NCBI GenBank assembly: GCA_030390025.1
Contig: JASTWF010000158.1
Location: forward strand, 558,001 to 622,000
Origin: Squalus acanthias
Lineage: Eukaryota
DNA: 64,000 nt
Direction of reading: 5' to 3'
Made by a program: the position numbers and the translations under genes. Positions 47,470 through 60,539 of this stretch are shown one piece after another. The notes below the pieces were generated by a model. It ran no database searches and was not told where the DNA came from. It worked only from the letters and a program-made list of their open reading frames with translations. Every line of letters begins with the position of its first letter. Positions within the stretch are counted from its first letter, which is position 1.

Positions 47470-47782
47470 CAATGTTCTCTTTAAGCTGGAAGTCGCACAA
47501 CACCAGGTTATAGTCCAACAGCTGCTGCTCCGAAAGCTTGTGATTTCAAATAAAACTGTTGGACTATAACCTGGTGTTGTGCGACTTCTCACTTTTGTCC
47601 ACCCCAGTCCAACACCGGCATCTCCGCCTCATGACTCTTTAAGCTGCACAGCTGTCTGGAGCTCCCGGACAGGCTGCTTGCCGGCTTTACAATAGAAAAA
47701 AAACCACATGCACAGGAATTTGAATGGGCCACGCAGCCCGTTAAAGGGGCCACGCACCCAAAGAAAATTAAAGGAAACATTG
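47470..47782. mobile_element. hAT-type MITE containing a Penelope terminal fragment with 5' inversion (about 47489-47634)
   Basis: MITE TIRs CAATGTT…TTAA / TTAAAGGAAACATTG; inner 12-bp TSD CTCTTTAAGCTG; 33-bp inverted duplication of the PLE tail. Confidence 0.8.
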
Positions 47783-48321
47783 CTAGACGCTAGCAGCAAT
47801 GGGATGGATGTCAAAGAGCAGCAAAAACATGGTCCAATTCAGCACACAGTTTGCTGGCGGCTGTTTTCTTCCTAAACGTAAGTTGTGTTGAAACTGAAAA
47901 GGACAACATCCATACCTGGCACTAGGGATCAGAGGCTACAAACTACTAGCTGCTACTGCTGTACAGGAATTAGTGGTTGTTGGTTGCATGCGGAAAGAGT
48001 ATCTCAAACCTACTTAGTGACACAGTGCATTGCAAATTGGCTTTGGCCAGATATTTCCTTTGATGGGGACGAGAATGACCGTTACATAGAAATTCAGTCG
48101 AATTACTTTAGCTTCCAGTCCTAATACTGATGTGAAAGGCTGCTGAATTTTGCTAGAACACCCTGATTGATTTTTCAAGTCCTTAAGGAAAACAGGGCTT
48201 GCCTGGAACAAATGCCTTGTGCAAGTAACACAGTATCTTAGCAATTTCAATACATATAGTAGTGATGGTCAACATGCAGCTTGCAAACATATGGTCCTTT
48301 GGTGCCTGGCTCGGTGTGTGC

Positions 48322-48750
48322 CAGCTGTGGCTCAGTGGCTAGTACCCTTGCCTATGAGTCAGAAGGTTGCGGATTCAAGTCCCACCCCAGAGGCTGACAC
48401 TCCAGTGCAGGACTGAGGGAGTACTGCACTGGTCAGAGGTGCAGTCTTTCGGATGAGACGTTAAACAGAGGCCCTATCTGCTCTTTCAAATGAATGTAAA
48501 AGATCCCATGGCACTATTTCAAAAAGCAGGGGAGCTATCCTGGCCAATATTTATCCTTCAACCAACATAACAAAAACAAATTATCTGATCATTATCACAT
48601 TGCTGTTTGTGGGAGCTTGCGGTGTGCAAATTGACTACTGTGTTTACAACAGTGACTACACTTCAAATGTTGGAAAGTACTTCATTTGCCATAAAGCACT
48701 TTGAGATGTCCGGTGGTCGTGAAAGATGCTATATAAATGCTAGTCTTTCT
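48322..48750 (+). mobile_element. SacSINE1/DeuSINE-type tRNA-derived SINE
   Basis: A box TGGCTCAGTGG, B box GATTCAAGTCC, Deu-like core, L2-type tail. Confidence 0.85.
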
Positions 48751-50099
48751 TTGGACAAGATTTCATTAGGTTCACCTCCAATAGGGCTACCAGTCATGCA
48801 CGCTGTACTCACATGTGCTATGATTAGACGGTGAGAAGCCCCATTTTAAAGAAACAGGATCATCTCCAATGATAGCGCTGCTGAAGACCTGTGCACCAGA
48901 GCTAGCTGCTCCAGTGCAGCTGACACTTACCCGATATGGAAGATTACCCACTTACATCTTTTTCACAAAACACAGGACAACTCTAACCCTCTGAGCCTCA
49001 CCCCAATCATCACTGAAGTTAGGAGTCACCATTAGTGCTATAACCTGCTTACTAGCACTCAGTTCCGGTTCCGCCAGTACAACTCCGCTCTAGAGACATC
49101 TAGACGTGGATCCAAAGAATAGTTGAGAGTAGCTGCCCTCAACATTAAGGCAGCATTTCACAGAGTATGGTACCATGGAGCCCGAGCAAGATTGAACATC
49201 GGATATATTTCTTTTAGCTGAAGAATAAGATCTGTGCAATAGCACAGTAGTTTAAGATTTATAGGACAGAATTACACAGCATGTGTAGCACTGCCCACCT
49301 CTGAACATAAAAGGTGCTATATAAATGCAAGTTAACATAGTAAAACATCCCAAAGCACTTCACAGCAGCATTATCAAACAAAATTTGATAACGTTATTCT
49401 TATACAATACAGACATTCTGGTTGCCCTAGAACTAATCAAGATTGGCGTAACTTCTAATGGTGTGAATGAAGAAGGGTTTTGTTTCCTCTATTTAACCAG
49501 CATTGTTCCTTTCAGCTAAAAGGGAGTTCTATTCTGAAGATTTGTATGCTAGCATGACGGGCATCATCTTCCTGACCTATTCATATTTGTGGCATCTGCA
49601 TGCTATTGTTAATTGGATATACAGATGAAGCACTATTCCTCTACGCCAAGAATGTTACAGATGCCATTTGCTCAGAATTTGCAAGATCTCTCTCTCTCAG
49701 CCCATCTGCTGCCAAAACCCTCATGGCCTTTGGTCACCTCCAAACTCGACAATTCCAACGTTCTCCTGGTCGGCCTCCCATTCTCCGATTGTTAGGCTGA
49801 CTGATCTATATATAGTTTATCCCTTCTCCTTTTTGGAGGTATTACATTGACAATCCTTTGGTACAACTTCCATATGCATGGATGTTGGAATAATTGTAGT
49901 CAGGGAGAAGGCAGAACTAAAAACCCTGAAGCTACATCACCTTAAAACAAGTTCATATCATTACCAATTTAATATCTGAAGAGGTACTAATGCATTCACA
50001 CACATTATATTGCGGATTTATATTTGATAATAGTTAATGTTTTAGAAAGAAAGGTATCCAAAGGGAGACAAAAAAACAATTGTTAAAGAAAGAGTCTAT

Positions 50100-50603
50100 A
50101 GTATAGTAAACAGGAGAACTGTTTATTGCAAACTGGACGTCACAAACCAAGCAGGTGATCACATTGCTCACTCACCCATGTCAACTTTTAGCACAATTCA
50201 CCACTGATTTATTGCTTTATAAAAACATTCAAAAAAAAAGTGAAACTAAGATTGCAACTCCACATTTTAATTACCTTAAGCCAACATTTCCAAGCTTAAA
50301 AGCCCATGGAACACGCATCTAAATTTTCTGGAGAAAAACAATTCAAAATCTTTCCAATTATGAAATCATAGCTCTTTAGCACTGTAAGAAGTTACAAATA
50401 TTCCCATTTCCTGGGGATGTTCAGGAGGTTTTCTCAATATCAGCATACGTACTCTAAAATGACCTACTAATCCTAAAAATATTTGCAATTACAAAATACT
50501 TGATAAAAATATTTTCAATTCTACAAGAGGTACATAAAATCAACTGAAGACAGTGGCAGATATTTCAGTCATTCTGATCGCTTGCAGATTCAGTTTTCTG
50601 TTC
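50100..50603 (-). CDS. HMGN3: HMGN3-like terminal exon: CDS 50603-50565 (EQKTESASDQND*; GTEN* in isoform c), then 3' UTR
   Basis: Acceptor TTTGTTTCTAG; matches human HMGN3 AQKTESVDNEGE/GTEN; AATAAA on the minus strand at 50213-08 and 50127-22. Confidence 0.85.
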
Positions 50604-51545
50604 CTAGAAACAAAGATAGTTTAATTAGACAATCGTATTGTAAATTCAACTACAGATTCACTAAACAGGTTTTTTTTTTTGCTTTCATAATTTCCAGTCA
50701 GTAAAATTATCTTTCACTTTATTTCAAATACACTAAATTTAACCCAATTTATATATTACAATAGTTAGCGGATGCATCCGCTGAGTTGGTTTTAACTTAA
50801 TCTATCCTTGTGTTTTTTTAAAAAAAAATAACTATTTTCAAGGAGGAGGTCAAAATGGTATTTTCAATGTTCCTATGCCATCATAAACGGTCCCTTGTAG
50901 CTGACCGATCACCAAGTACCAATCTCTCCTGCTAGACTATATAATCTGCTCAGATCAGGAACAGAGTGGAGCAGCACTTGAAGCTATATCTGCCCCCACT
51001 TCACAGAATTGAACAATTGCATACCAATGCACAGGCTCTTATTTTCATGCCACATACATTAAGGATACTTTGAAAATCCAAAATCTATGATAGAGACAAT
51101 ACACAATGAATGTTGAAGGTCAAAAAAGGGATTCCTTTCAACAAGACCACAAAGAAAATTATGTACCATTACTGTACAAACAATATTAGTCTACAACAAA
51201 CAGGTTGACTCAAATGAAACCATTTGTAAGTGTGGAATCCTGCTGATTTTGGGTTATTGTTTAGACAGATATTGGGTGGTCATTGCAGACAAGGTTTTGA
51301 AGGCTGGTTTTCTTCATTTAGCCATTTGAAATTTTGTGACTTCATATTTTACAACATTTACAAGGAAATTATGCACGGTTCAATAAAATGAGTTTAGTTA
51401 TGCTGTTTATAAAGTTGTCTTTATGAATAGCCCCACACACGCAAACACACACACTTACCTGCAGCGTGAAGTGACCACATTTATGTTTAAAAATAACCAC
51501 AGCACACCATTGCATATACACGGCACACAGTATGTACTATCATAC

Positions 51546-51645
51546 CCTTAACTGCCACCGTCTCAACCTGTCCTTTCACCGACAGTGAGCTGGGTGGGGT
51601 AACTCTAGCTGAAGTCACACTAATAGAGGGTCGAGAGACATGGAT
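51546..51645 (-). CDS. HMGN3: HMGN3 isoform-c cassette exon (100 nt): IHVSRPSISVTSARVTPPSSLSVKGQVETVAVK-G
   Basis: TTGCAG/GTATGA splice sites; close to recalled human HMGN3c IHISRSTVNVSTSRGTPPSTLSVKGQIETVRVKG. Confidence 0.85.
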
Positions 51646-51768
51646 CTGCAACAAGTGTTGAGCAAAAAAGAAAAACTGAACAAGCAATCAAATTGCTGAA
51701 AGTTTTATATAGATTCAATTTTCAAATATAGCTTTTTTTTTTGCGTGCACATCAGATTCAGGTGATAC

Positions 51769-51876
51769 CTCGTCAGGTTTTGTTTCGCCATTTTGAGCAG
51801 GTGCCGCTTCTTCCTTGGCTATTTTCTTCTCTTTCTCCTTCCCTTTGGGCTGTTTCTTCGGTTTTGGTGAAGTCTT
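51769..51876 (-). CDS. HMGN3: HMGN exon (108 nt): KTSPKPKKQPKGKEKEKKIAKEEAAPAQNGETKPDE
   Basis: TTTTGTAG/GTATCA sites; PAQNGETK HMGN C-terminal motif. Confidence 0.9.
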
Positions 51877-54813
51877 CTACAAAAGCAAAAAGATCAAATG
51901 GTCCAGAAAGTCTACTTTCCAATTAACATGGCATAGAAATACTTACTACACAGCTCAAAAGAATTTCACTGTGAGCGAGCACCTATCACATCAAGTCACA
52001 TATCTCCAATAGCACAGGTAGTTCAAGACATGAAGTGGCTTCCGATGCTGTCAAAAGTCCTGCGACAGCTTGTACATCACAGTAAAACAGCAAATTTACT
52101 AAACCAATACATCATGACTGACAAGGTAAATATATTACACAAGGTACTGATACTGAAGTGCAAAGTGATGAGACCAAGAAGGAATAAACATTAGAACTAT
52201 AAACTAAATGGTTAGTTGACAGGATACAGCACATGTAAAGTATTTGAGGGTATTGGACATCTGACACCTTCTGCACAATGTGTGGTAGCAGTAAAGAAAC
52301 TATAGGATCTTGGGTTGTATAGTGGATGGAATAGAACATAAATTGCAGCATGCATTACTGAACCTATAGAGAGCATTGGTTTCCCCCCCTCCCCCCTCAA
52401 AGCTGAAGTGCAATGAGGTTCTGGTCACCATATTATAGGACGGACATCATAGCACTGGAAAGGGTTCAAAGAGTTACCTTAACTACAAGGAGACACAAAA
52501 CAAAAAAAAAGTTTATTTACATGAGAGAAAACCAAGAGGGGATTTGTCTGTCTAAAGGCCTTTGCAGACTGCCGTGTCAGACAACACAAAAAGGAAGTGG
52601 AAAGCAAAGCTCCAGAAGCACTCCGGTTTATCAGTGACCTTTGTTAAAAGGAGATTCGAGGGGCTAGCTCAGATCCTGCAGAGAAAAGGGAATTCTTGAT
52701 GTGACACAAATTGCTGGGCCGATGGCAATAGGAGTTCACAAGGAAGTGCACCAATTTTCTCCTTTGCCTACACAGAGAGGAAAGGAACATGCCCCGCCCA
52801 CCCCCAGAATCTGTGAAATCACACTGCACACCTACCTTAAGCCCCTGCCCCCCACACACCATGAAGCAAAAAAACCACCCCAGCAGAAGCAGAATTTCCA
52901 AGATTTAATCAATCTGCACCTTCCCCGCCAAACCAACTGATCTGAAGCCAATCGCCCCATCCACTTTATCTCCCTCTATTCTTATTCCCCGCCACCACTC
53001 ATCTACCTCTTCTCCTTCAATTACTGGACAGTCTCCAACCCTGCTTAAACTGAATGCTGCACCCGATCTTTATTTTGCTTAATACATTTTATACATAATT
53101 TACACAAACACACTTATTCCTTTGCCTTACCTCACAGCAGCTTTGAAGATGCAAGTACTAGAATTGGTTAACTCTTCCTTCCTCCTAAAAACTTTCTTTC
53201 TCAGTTATTTACATGGGTTGCAAGAGTTCCCCCCCCCCCCACTCGAGCAGATTTGTAGTTCTTGTTGAAACCATCAATTGCAGCAGTGCAGGGAGGTTTT
53301 TCCTCTGCAGCCGTCTACATCTATTAAAATCACATCATTTTACAGCACACGCATGCTGGCTCTCAAGCCAGCTATCCACTTTTTCTGCACACTCCTCTCC
53401 TCTTCACCCCCAACCTTGTCTTCTGAAATATTTACTAATTTCCCTTTTAAAAGTCATGGTTCCACCATTGTTTTTGGTGACCTATCAACACTAAAAAAAA
53501 ATTCTCCTAATCATTCTTCTGGTGTCGATCTTAAAATTTGTCTTCCAAGTTATCAACTCACCAACCAGTGGTAATCGTTCCCACCCCGCCCTCCACTACA
53601 ATTTAGAACAGCTCTTATTAAATCTGCTCTGAACCTTGGTTCGAAATGGAAAGAACCCCGTTTCTCATTCCCGATATTATCTTGGTGAATCTCTTCTGCA
53701 TGACCTCAACATCCTTTGTAAATTAAGGTGCCCAAAACTGGATACAATATTCTAACTGTGGCCTAACCAATGATTTGCAGGGATTTAACTTTGCCTCTTT
53801 AGATTTTATAAATGGGGGATAGTGTATAAAAGCAAAAGATCACATATATTGCATACTTTAAAAAAAAAGCTTGATCAACTTGTCCTCCCCACTGTGAAAG
53901 ACTTCTGCACCTAAACCTCCAGGTCTCTACTCCTTTTATACTTAATATAGATTATGGGAAGGGAGCAAGAATTTTTTTTTTTTTTTTTTTTTAAAAAGAC
54001 ACACTAAAAAGGACCACCTTAGCAGCACTTTGAACAAAAAGTCCCACCGAGACTTTCCTTCTCAACTGGCTAGTGACAGATTTAAACTCTACACACTCAA
54101 ATGATTTTTTTCCCAGTCATAGCGTATTAGCTTTTCAAAATAAACAAAGCCTTAATCTTTAAGAGAAGCACTGACTGATTTTGTATCAGTTTCTGCATTA
54201 TAAAGCAAATGAAATGAAATCAGCAGAGAGCAATTAGCTTGTGCAGAATTAAAAGTTACTGAGTTCTTAAGCATCAAAACTATGCCAGCCCAAAAACAGT
54301 CTTATTCTGCACAAGATTGTGGACCAGAACCATCCATACTCATATAGAATGTTGCTGTACAGGTTGCTCTTCAGAGACGAGGGTACATGGTCTCTGTGAT
54401 GCATCTGGCTCTTTGACATTCGCCAAGCCCTTCACTAACAATAATAGTGTGGAGGCAAGCCTTCAATGGAATTCTGAATGACAAACAGATTAGAACAACA
54501 AAAATCCAACATTTGCAGCTCCCCAGGGGTTTAGTGGCTAAATGCACTGCCAGTGTGTGGTCTCACCACACCAACCAGGAAGGCCAAGTTTCATACTCAA
54601 TCCATGCTGGATATGCTAATTGCAGCTGGGGTAGTTAGGCTGCTAAAATTGGCCGTTGTACCCACTGTGGGGAAAAAAAAAATTACATCAGATGGTCTCC
54701 CACTCTTGGATCACTAGCCAAATGAGTCCTGGTGGAAAGCATGTATGTGGAGAGGAGGCAAGGACAGCATCAGGCGCAGCTGTAACATTCTCCACGGCTA
54801 AATAAACCCAATA

Positions 54814-57191
54814 CAGGAAACTCTTTGGTATCCGGCACCGACGGGACCGGGATGGTGCCAGTTGATTAAAAAGTCCGGATGACGGAGAGGGTTATCTACT
54901 GAGGCAATCTTTTTTTATTTTTGTTAAAAATAAAGAAATGTGCAGTGTACAGTAATTGGGTACTCACCTACAGAATGTGGTGTTAAATGGATGGTGGAAG
55001 ATGCGTGATTAAGTACAGTACTGCCAGTTGAGGGTAATCGATAACTCTTTACTTAACAGTAAATACAAAACTTAACTGTATACAGTACTGTAGTTGACTG
55101 TACACTTATTCCAAGTCAGCTGGTTCATCAGGGATATCTATGCCAGCTGGGTCATCAGGATCATGCACTTCAACAGATTCTTCAGGCACTTCCACTGCTT
55201 CAACTCTTTTGGAAGCTTTCTTAAACATGTCCCGGATGTCTGCTTGCTTAGTGGACTCTTGTCTTTTTTGTAGAAAGGTGGAATGCAGAATATGGAGTTG
55301 CATAACTTCTTGGGCAGAGTAGGAAGGCTGCCTTTCAGCAAATTGAAGGATTAAAGCAAATCCTTCTGCAGCTTTAGCCCAAGAAATCTTCTCTTCAGAA
55401 ATCTCATCCTCTTCACTTTCCTTTTCTTTCTTTGGATTCAAAATAGTCTCAACTAGTTCATCATCACTTAGCATATGCACAACAGCAACTTCTCTATCTG
55501 CATCAACCCACTGCTCGATATCACTTTCACGGAGGTGACGTAGAGGGTTTGCTGGGCCTACATTTTTCACCATGCCAGCCATTTCCATTATTGTACTCTT
55601 CTTGGGATGAACATTGAACCCATGAAATTCCTCCTCTGAAGAACCTTCAGCAAACATTACAGAAGGCCACAATTTGCGCCAGGCTTGCCTCAGAGTGTGA
55701 CCTTTCACCAAGTTCCAGGAACATGCAACATTATAGATGGCATCTTTAAGATTGTATTCCTTCTGAAATGCGTGAATATTGTCATCTTGGTTTATCAGTT
55801 TATGTAGGAAGTCTTTCTTGTAATGACACTTCAGATTTTGGATAACGCCCTGGTCCATGGGTTGGATGAGAGAAGTTACATTTGGTGGCAAATAAATGGT
55901 GAAAATATTTCCCGAAACCAACTTGGATTCATGCGGATGGGCTCTACAATTATCAAGCAATAAAATGCATTTGCTATCTTCAGGTTTCCCTATTTTACAG
56001 AAATGTTCCCTCACAGATGGAACAAAAATATGATGGAACCAATACGAAAAGATTTCCTTATCCATCCAAGCATTTTTTTGAGCTTTGTACTCAACAGGTA
56101 AGTGCCTCACATTTTTAAATGCACAGGAATTTTTATACTTCCCAATAACAAGTAGTTTAACCCGGTGTGATCCAGCAGCGTTTGCACATGTTAGCACGGT
56201 TACACAATCTTTATTTTTCTTGTAACCTGAAGCATTAGCCTCACTAGCCCCAGCAAGCGTCGATTCTGGCAAAAACCTCCAAAATAAGCCAGTTTCATCG
56301 GCATTGTATATCTGTGCTGGCGACAAATCATGTTGCTGCACAATCCGATTGAAATAATCGCAGTATTCTTCTGTGGCGGCGTGATCAGCTGATTTCTTCT
56401 CCCCGGAAATATCGAGTCGTCGTATCCCGTGCCGTAACTTGAAGCACGTTAGCCATCCCTCGGAGAAAGCACACTTGTCAGTGAGCTCCATCCTTTCGTA
56501 GAAATCCTTCGCTTTCTCGATTAGCATGGGTCTGGAAAGCGGAACACCCTCTGAACGCTTAAGAGAAAACCACTCAAAGCACGGCATCCAGCTCTTCAAG
56601 CTTAGGCTTACGAAGCGTACGCCGTTTCTCTACACTCTTAGATGTCTCCGAGCTTGAATAAAACTTGAGCAGCTTATCCTTCTGCGATTTGATGTCGTAG
56701 ATTGTTGACGAACCGATTTTGAATTCATTCATAATGTTGATATGCTTCTCTCCCCTTTCTAATCGTTGGCATATCTCGATTTTCTGTTTTAAAGTTAACA
56801 CCACTCTCTTCCTTTTGCTTGGACCAACTTTTGGGAATTCCATAATGCAAGATGGGGGACATAATTCACGATAAAGATGGAGAGACACAGAAAAATGGCG
56901 GATTCGAAGAGACTACTGACAGCGTGGGAGACACACAGAAAAATGGCGGATCAGAAGAAACTATCGGCAGCGCGGGAGAGTCAGACTCCTGTTATTGAGG
57001 TGTTCGGACTTCCGACAGCGCCAAGAAGCCGAGTAGTGGCAGTTTGGAGAACTACCCCCTCTGACTAACTCGGCCACCGCGGGAGACTCGGACACATTTC
57101 CGGTTATTGAGGTGTTGTTTTCGGAGTATGAATTTTGCTGGTTAATAGAGAATTCCGGATAATTAGGTGCTGTTTAAACGAGAGTTTCCTG
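54814..57191 (-). mobile_element. Full-length Tigger/pogo DNA transposon in an HMGN3 intron
   Basis: TIRs CAGGAAACTCT…GCACC; TA TSD at 54812-13 and 57192-93. Confidence 0.95.
55106..56843 (-). pseudogene. Tigger/Jerky-like transposase (HTH_psq, CENP-B HTH, DD32D) with one frameshift near 56580
   Basis: [15 protein letters not shown]; [15 protein letters not shown]; YNADETGL; LLLDNC; SLIQPMDQG. Confidence 0.93.
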
Positions 57192-57388
57192 TATAATTAT
57201 AACTGTCTAGGCACATGCAACAAATAACCATATAAGCAAGACACCAGAGGGCCGCCCGATATCATACATCAGCGCGAGTCAGAAGAGCGAGGATATGATT
57301 TTTGGGGGGAAAAAAACCCACGTTCATTAACTTAATTTTTAAACAGGATAATCATTAGCTGCCACAGCACTACAATATAAATTCTCAC

Positions 57389-57448
57389 CCTGGCACGTTT
57401 CTGTGGTTTGGACTCTTCCTTAGCAGCAGCAGCGGCGGTAGCAGCATT
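57389..57448 (-). CDS. HMGN3: HMGN exon (60 nt): NAATAAAAAKEESKPQKRAR
   Basis: TTCGTTGTAG/GTGAGA sites; phase 0-0; fits between the NBD exon and the 108-nt exon. Confidence 0.8.
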
Positions 57449-59294
57449 CTACAACGAAAGTTTTAAAATTATAAATTTATCTAAAACTAAAATTAAATAC
57501 AAAGCATACATTTAATACCTCCAATTTTTGTGATGTACTTCAGTAAATTTAGGGGGACTCATGGATCAAAAGAGTTAGGCAATTTGGACATTATTAAAAT
57601 AAAGCACTTTGATTAGCAAGTCATTTGAGCAAGCTATTCAAGCTTATCCGAAAACAAGTCCTTTAAAATAATTTTATTTCTTCAGTTCGATTCCACCTGG
57701 AAAAACTTTGTTCCTATGTCGCTTTTATCCCAGTTGCCTGAATTGAACAGTACTTTTAAAAAAACCTACTATACGGTACAAGAGGAAATTTAGCAACATG
57801 GATAGAAAATTGGTTAAAGTTTGTGGAAAGTGGAAAGTTGCTGGAGGGTATGGATGAACATAGAACACTAGATTCAAAAACATAATTCCCTTAAAGTGAG
57901 AGTGAAGGCTGATAAAGCTATAAAAAGGCCAACAGCATTTTCAGTTTTATAATAGGACTATGAATAGTAAGAGTAAAGAAGTAATGATAATTTTCCCCAA
58001 GGCGATTGCAGAGGCATTTGAAGCAGGCAAGGCAACATGGACAACAGGAAATGAGGAAGTGATCAGAGATGGCTTTGCCAAAGACAGATCGGAGAGGTGA
58101 AAAGACATCTTGAGGTAACAAGGTAAACAAATTAGCTCTGGGTGGAGGATATGTGTGAAGGGCAAGAATGAAGTGAAATCAGAGAAGAAGGGTGAGGGGA
58201 ATCTAGGTGAATGTTGAAATCACTGAAGAAAACAAAGTTTCAGCAAAGCACAGGATAAATCGATGGACTCATCCAGGATGAGGTTGTGGATAATGACTCA
58301 CTCATTTTGTAAGGGTGCAGACATTTTGAAGGGAAACATATAGATAGTAGGAGACCCATACAGGTGGTTGGAAATTCAGGGACAGAGGGGAGAGGAACAG
58401 GAAGGAGACTACAGCGGCTTGTTCCTAGAAGGGAAGATGCACAGAGTTAGGGAATGAGGAAGTATGGATTACTGTATTGGGAGAGCCAATGGCAGGAGCC
58501 ATAAAGAGTGCATGGAGGATGCCAAGAGCAGATTACATAGAAGCTGTAGTCCATCTATGAGGGACTCAATGTTAAAATGACAGCAGCATAGGAGGTCAGC
58601 AGATAAGAAAGTGGATTGAGGCACGAGCCAGTAGGGTGGGACAGATAGTGGGAACAAAGAAACTAGGTGATGGGACATAAGGCAAGGGCGCCAAAGCAGA
58701 CAAAAGAGAGAATGGTTGCAGAGCAGCAGTCAAAATGTACATGCAGTGGATGTGGAGAAAGTGCGGTTATGTAGACAAACTGCATTATTATGCAAATCTG
58801 TGACAGAATGCAACTATTACAATTTGGAAGTAATAACACTTAGGCTGGGGGAGGGATGGGTCATTTTCCAGGAACACATCAGGGACTCTCACCCACCAGC
58901 ACATACAGGAGTGCTACTTGCAATGTCCCCCAGGTATGCTGGTGCTAGGCGAGGTTCCTCACTATCAGCATGTTCCTCACTATCAGCATGTACTCAGAAA
59001 AGTAACCAGACAGTCTCATTTTTTATGCATCAAATGTAGGAGTGGTACCACTGATGAGTCATGGGTGCAATTAGCCTGTTGATGCTGACAAACGAGATAA
59101 ACTTGTCTACGATGTTCAAAGGGACACTCCAACAAATAGTAGCATTCGGAGGCATTTGTTGGATAGCTAAATGGGCAAGGTACACCTACTAAAAAAGACA
59201 CAATGCACTTGTGACGGCCGCCTGTATTGGCATTGAAGCCAGCAACCCAACTTATCCTCCCATTTATACAGAGTTGGGTTGTAAACCTACTTAC

Positions 59295-59321
59295 TTTTTC
59301 CAATCTATGAGATCTTCGGAG
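59295..59321 (-). CDS. HMGN3: HMGN nucleosome-binding exon (27 nt): LRRSHRLEK
   Basis: CTTCTTCTTTTGCAG/GTAAGT sites; RRSxRL core. Confidence 0.85.
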
Positions 59322-59521
59322 CTGCAAAAGAAGAAGGACATTAATGTTTATTTTTTCTAGGTACACCAAGGAGATTAGCAAGATAATGCCTTGCTGCTAT
59401 TAAACATTCTTTGGAGGGCCACATAACTACAAGAAAAATAAATGAACAAAACAGCTATGAAAACAGTGCATTATTTAATTGAAAACTAGACATTGGAAGG
59501 AAAACCCAATAAAATTCTCAC

Positions 59522-59569
59522 CGGCTTAGTCTCTTTTGCATCATATTTTTGCTCGCCCTCATTTGATAC
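59522..59569 (-). CDS. HMGN3: HMGN exon (48 nt): VSNEGEQKYDAKETKP
   Basis: TCTTTACAG/GTGAGA sites; position and size correspond to HMGN exon 2. Confidence 0.75.
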
Positions 59570-59729
59570 CTGTAAAGACAACATTGCATACAATATTAAT
59601 CTGAAACTTGTCCAGCTGTGCGAGAGGAAAAATGACTTGAGTTTTAGGTTGCGAGCCACTTTTTATTTCAAGAATCACCTCCTAAACAGAGCAGCAAAAA
59701 CAAACAGAGCGTGCAAACGGGTGACTCAC

Positions 59730-59824
59730 ACATTTTTCCGAGCCACTTAAAATAACAACCAATTTTTTTCTTATACGTCTAATCTAAATTGCAAAGATTG
59801 AGCCTTTACCAGAAGCTTTTGCAC
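59730..59824 (-). other. Two candidate HMGN 5' micro-exons (59824-59810, 15 nt; 59745-59732/30, 14-16 nt)
   Basis: T12-GTGTAG / CTG|GTAAAG and TTATTTTAAG / GT(GT)GAGT sites; reading frame unresolved. Confidence 0.45.
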
Positions 59825-60539
59825 CTACACAAAAAAAAAAAATCACATATGCATTTCTAAGTATCCCTTTAGAGTGGCAGAGGAGCCCGACAGGAAGGAG
59901 ATGAAGGTATTTGTGGCATATGACCACAAAGAATGTGCACCTGGATATCATGGGCATTTAACAACAGAGACATTATGGACAGGGGATTGGGCATACCAAG
60001 ATACACTGCCTCTTAACACGGGTACTTTGTAGGCAGGGGAGAGGGCATGTGCGGCTCAAACTCTACTGCAAGGTGGCAAAGAGACAATAGGGAGCAGATT
60101 TTAATCATTCCATCTTGGCTTCTCCAATGGGTGAATCTGCCCACAACGCAGATAAATAACTCACTGCAGGGGAACGTTCAAGGTGGCAAATCCCATCTCA
60201 GTCACTTACAAGGAGGGAAGGTTTCAGTCCGTGGTTTGGAGAGGAGGGTCAGTGCCTGGGCGGGGGGAGGGGATGGAAGCTGTCAAGAGTTGGTGCGGGC
60301 AGAGGGGCAGGGCAGTACAAGTCAGAGGAAGGGAGGGATCAGTCAGTGGGCAGGGAAGGGGCAGTGTCAGTCAGGAGCAGAGCAGGGGAGAAAGCTGTTG
60401 TTTTTATTAGTCCTTTTTATTATTCACCCTCAGGCAGGCGGAGAGGCCTCACTAAGTGAGCAACGACCGTTAAAGTCAGGCACCACATCATGACAGTTGA
60501 CAGCAACAGTGACCCTCCCTGCACAGTAAGTTGTGTAGA

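Larger units (their letters stand above)
54520..57285 (+). mobile_element. LF-SINE-like relic (54520-54813 and 57194-57285) split by the Tigger
   Basis: Similarity to recalled LF-SINE body (…CTCCACGGCTAAATA | ACTGTCTAGGCACA…GAGTCAG). Confidence 0.5.

Noticed and set aside
47800-48310. Bornavirus N-like snippet (LCYLHKAFVPG)
   Set aside because: A single short motif without collinear support; left for the profile search.
1-50000. Exons of the expected neighbour PHIP/BRWD
   Set aside because: No recognisable WD40 or bromodomain exons were found; the gene probably lies outside the window.
53131-53185. Extra HMGN3 exon ending GAG|GTAAGG
   Set aside because: Weak acceptor, a stop in the phase-0 frame, and no HMGN similarity.
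55106-56888. Host TIGD/JRK gene
   Set aside because: TIRs and the TA TSD are intact and the ORF is frameshifted, so it is treated as a transposon copy.
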